Shown in pieces: positions 61,626-64,000 of a stretch of 64,000 nt of DNA. The translations under genes were made by a program, and so were the position numbers. Below the pieces are notes generated by a model. That model saw only the letters and a list, made by a program, of their open reading frames with translations, did not search any database and was not told the origin of the DNA. Source of the stretch: a virus; IMG/VR virus record IMGVR_UViG_3300031578_000001. One strand, 5' to 3'. The stretch's first letter is position 1. Every line of letters starts with the position of its first letter.

Positions 61626-64000
61626 ATCCACCTCCTGCGTAGAATTCGTCAATGGAGACGAACCCCGACGACTCTGCCACCTCGGCGATTTCATCGAACT
61701 GTTCGAAGCTGGGAACGAATTTCGAGGCCCATCTCCTCTGGTCGTCATCGAGCATGGCGACACAGGGTTTGATCCCGGATTCTGGATCAGGCATGTGTCC
61801 GATTTCCAGGATGTCGTCGTTATCCTTATCGCTCCAGGCGTCACAGATTTTCGCCGAAGCGAAGGTCGGAACTCTCAGATTGAACCAGGCGAGTTCCATG
61901 ATGTACTTGACCAGGATTCCGACGTCCTGCGCCTTCTTCTCGGGAACTTCCGCACCGATTTCATCGTGGACCTGGAGGACGAGTTTGGTGCCCTTAAACT
62001 TCCTGTTCTTGACAACGTACTCCCAGATGGCCCAGCAGATGATCTTCAGGACATCGGCAGCCGATCCCTGGATGATGAAGTTGAGGAGTTTACCGGCGGA
62101 GATGAAACTTTCCGTGAAATGACGCTCCCGGCCCGAGAGGGTTTTGAACATTCTCTGTCCCTCGTTCCAGCACCCATCGAGATACTCCATGCTTTCGGGG
62201 ATTCCTGAGTAGAGGGACATGAACGCGTTCCGGAATCTGTCGGCACCCTGGATGTCGTACTCGCCGTCTTCCTTGAAGAGTTTCGCGTAGACGGCGAAGC
62301 CGGCGGCCATCATGCCGTAGCAGTTATGGGATACGAGTCCGTTAGCGATGAAGCTGTGATCGTCGGCGACGGTGAAATCATGGACGGTAGTCGGTTCGAC
62401 ATAGTCTATCGTGACTCTTGTAATCTTCTCCTCGGCGTCGAATCGTTTCTTTGGTTCGTAGTTCTTACCCACGACTTTGACAGTCGGAATGCTTACGAGG
62501 AATCGAATCTTGCTATTCTGCCCGACGACCCCGACGGCCGCCGATATATCCTTGCCATAGTCGTAGACTCTTGAGTTGATTCCGACGCTGTCGAGAAGCC
62601 GTATCACGTCATTCAATAGGCCACGGCTCTTGGATGCGTAGGTGATCTGCGCCCGTCTTCTCGTGACAGAGACGGATCCATCTCCGTCCCATAGAGATCC
62701 GAGAACCTCGAGACGAGCCTTCCTATTCAGCGAGAACACGGATTCTGGTATCCGCTTTCCTATGGATTCCTTTACGCCGAACTTCCTGAGGTGTTTCTCG
62801 AACACACTTTTGGGGGCGGAGATGTGGGGAGATCCATCAAGGTCGTACCATTTGAATCCGAGGTACTTGTCCATCTTCTCTGCCACTAAGGGATTGACAT
62901 TCGGGTCCTGAGAAATCTTGTATCTGGAGTTGCTGTAACTTCCCTCGGACAGGAACCAGCCGAGTAGGGCGCAGGACTCTTTCGGGGCTTTATCTCCATT
63001 GGAATATCCCCTGCCATGGTAGACGAGGTAGTTTCCAGTTTTGAGTCGGCCCATTTCGACCCATCCCTTGCCTCCTTTCATACCGTTGGCAGAGGGGAAG
63101 TATCTTTCAAGCATGTGGTCGGGAGTGCCTGTGATGATCTTGCCGGTCGATGTCTCGACGGTAACGAGCGTCTTCGTTTTGAGTCTCTGAAGTGCTGTCA
63201 CGGATCGCCACCCGGTTCTCGTCATGACCAGGTCGCCAATCTCGATCTTCTCGATGGGTCTGTAGCCGTCGATAGTCAGGATCTGCGTTCCGGCTACGAG
63301 ACACAGACCGAAGTTGAGATTCTTCGCCAGCTTCCTTCCGATGTCGAATCCCACCATCTGGGAGACGAACGACTTCGTCGATGCGTGGACGTCTCCCGTG
63401 TAGTAGGTGATGCCGTCGTGGTGAACACACTCCTGGTAGATCTTCATGAGATTGGCGTCACCTGTTACGTGGGCGATCAGTCTCAATTCGATCTGGCTCA
63501 GGTCCGCGCTGAGGAACTTCTTTCCCCGTGGGGCCGCGAATGCTTCTCGGATCTTGGGTCCGAGTTGCTGGATTCGTTCGTCGTACTCATGGGGCTTTGA
63601 TCTCGCTGGTATGTTCTGGAGGTTAGGCCCAGATGAGGAGGCGCGGCCTGTCTTGCGTGCTCCGATTGGGTTGAACTTGGCATAGATTCTATGATTCTTG
63701 TCTTCGAGAGACTTCAGTCGCATCTTATGGACGTAGGTCCCGTAGAGTTTCTTCAGGGATTTGAAGTTCAGGATCATCTGCGGAAGCGGGTGCTTAATCC
63801 GCATCAGATTCTTCTCATTCGTTCCCCTATTCCCTGAGTAGTCTGTGAACCCGTGGATATCATAAAGGACGTTGGCAACCTGCTGGGGCGAGTTAGGGTT
63901 GAATTCCATCTTTGCAAGGTTGAAGACCTCGGCCTCGAACTCGTTAATGAGAGGGACGAAGATGTCCTCCAGTTTCTGGAGTCGATCCGGATTCACATGG
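61615..64000 (-). CDS. polA: DNA polymerase family A with an intein (partial; 5' part outside the window)
   Basis: TGRASSSGPNLQNIP, motif A SADLSQIELR, motif B RKLAKNLNFGL|CYG, NFIIQGSAAD, motif C LQVHDE. Confidence 0.95.
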   Translation of the reverse strand, partial: HVNPDRLQKLEDIFVPLINEFEAEVFNLAKMEFNPNSPQQVANVLYDIHGFTDYSGNRGTNEKNLMRIKHPLPQMILNFKSLKKLYGTYVHKMRLKSLEDKNHRIYAKFNPIGARKTGRASSSGPNLQNIPARSKPHEYDERIQQLGPKIREAFAAPRGKKFLSADLSQIELRLIAHVTGDANLMKIYQECVHHDGITYYTGDVHASTKSFVSQMVGFDIGRKLAKNLNFGLCLVAGTQILTIDGYRPIEKIEIGDLVMTRTGWRSVTALQRLKTKTLVTVETSTGKIITGTPDHMLERYFPSANGMKGGKGWVEMGRLKTGNYLVYHGRGYSNGDKAPKESCALLGWFLSEGSYSNSRYKISQDPNVNPLVAEKMDKYLGFKWYDLDGSPHISAPKSVFEKHLRKFGVKESIGKRIPESVFSLNRKARLEVLGSLWDGDGSVSVTRRRAQITYASKSRGLLNDVIRLLDSVGINSRVYDYGKDISAAVGVVGQNSKIRFLVSIPTVKVVGKNYEPKKRFDAEEKITRVTIDYVEPTTVHDFTVADDHSFIANGLVSHNCYGMMAAGFAVYAKLFKEDGEYDIQGADRFRNAFMSLYSGIPESMEYLDGCWNEGQRMFKTLSGRERHFTESFISAGKLLNFIIQGSAADVLKIICWAIWEYVVKNRKFKGTKLVLQVHDEIGAEVPEKKAQDVGILVKYIMELAWFNLRVPTFASAKICDAWSDKDNDDILEIGHMPDPESGIKPCVAMLDDDQRRWASKFVPSFEQFDEIAEVAESSGFVSIDEFYAGGGYDV
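62323..63303 (-). mobile_element. intein with LAGLIDADG endonuclease in PolA motif B (327 aa)
   Basis: NFGL|CLVAGT ... TPDH ... GWFLSEG, GSLWDGDG ... LVSHN|CYG. Confidence 0.93.

Noticed and set aside
61626-61844. N-terminal extension of ORF 61206-61844 overlapping polA
   Set aside because: A strong AGGAGG RBS marks 61625 as the start; the extension reads as shadow.
1-64000. Genome-wide TGA recoding (code 4/25) to explain the terminase stop
   Set aside because: The 2868-, 1622- and 1046-codon genes contain no in-frame TGA, Trp is TGG, and many genes end in TGA with ATGA/GTGA coupling.
1-64000. tRNA or rRNA genes
   Set aside because: No cloverleaf with T-loop/D-loop consensus found by eye; the intergenic gaps are short. 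A tRNAscan-SE run is needed to exclude them formally.
1-64000. Apparent abundance of GATC/TCGA words as a modification signature
   Set aside because: Explained by preferred codon pairs (ATC-GA, CTC-GA, GAT-C); cannot be claimed without codon-aware counts.

Overview
This window is a 64-kb segment of a large tailed (myovirus-type, contractile-sheath) bacteriophage genome in standard code 11, organised as two convergent blocks. The plus strand (1-43.7 kb) holds virion morphogenesis genes: beta-helix appendage proteins, a permuted papain-like amidase, a probable baseplate spike, terminase, a prohead protease with three inteins, scaffold-like proteins, decoration protein, major capsid protein, neck/tail completion proteins, tail sheath and tail tube. 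Embedded in this block is a 2868-aa single-chain beta-beta' multisubunit RNA polymerase with two inteins. The minus strand (43.7-64 kb) holds a sigma70-family factor, small Zn-finger/accessory genes and a replication/recombination module: DnaQ-like exonuclease, minimal MTase, RuvC, RNase H, Cas4-like nuclease, UDG-4, Hjc-like nuclease, RecA, SF2 helicase, YkgJ-like protein, DUF932 and an intein-containing family-A DNA polymerase that runs off the window. The most notable observations are: (1) a non-canonical intein directly after the RNAP catalytic NADFDGD motif, lacking the N-terminal nucleophile and the Block-B His; (2) a pervasive K-x-A motif plus an N-terminal (A/S)F-x-D-E leader in head proteins, suggesting a protease-cleavage and capsid-targeting code; (3) a single in-frame TGA splitting the terminase nuclease domain; (4) a fused RNAP with a phage sigma factor and candidate promoters. 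No tRNA genes or CRISPR arrays were recognised. All product calls come from motif recognition by eye; no database searches were run.
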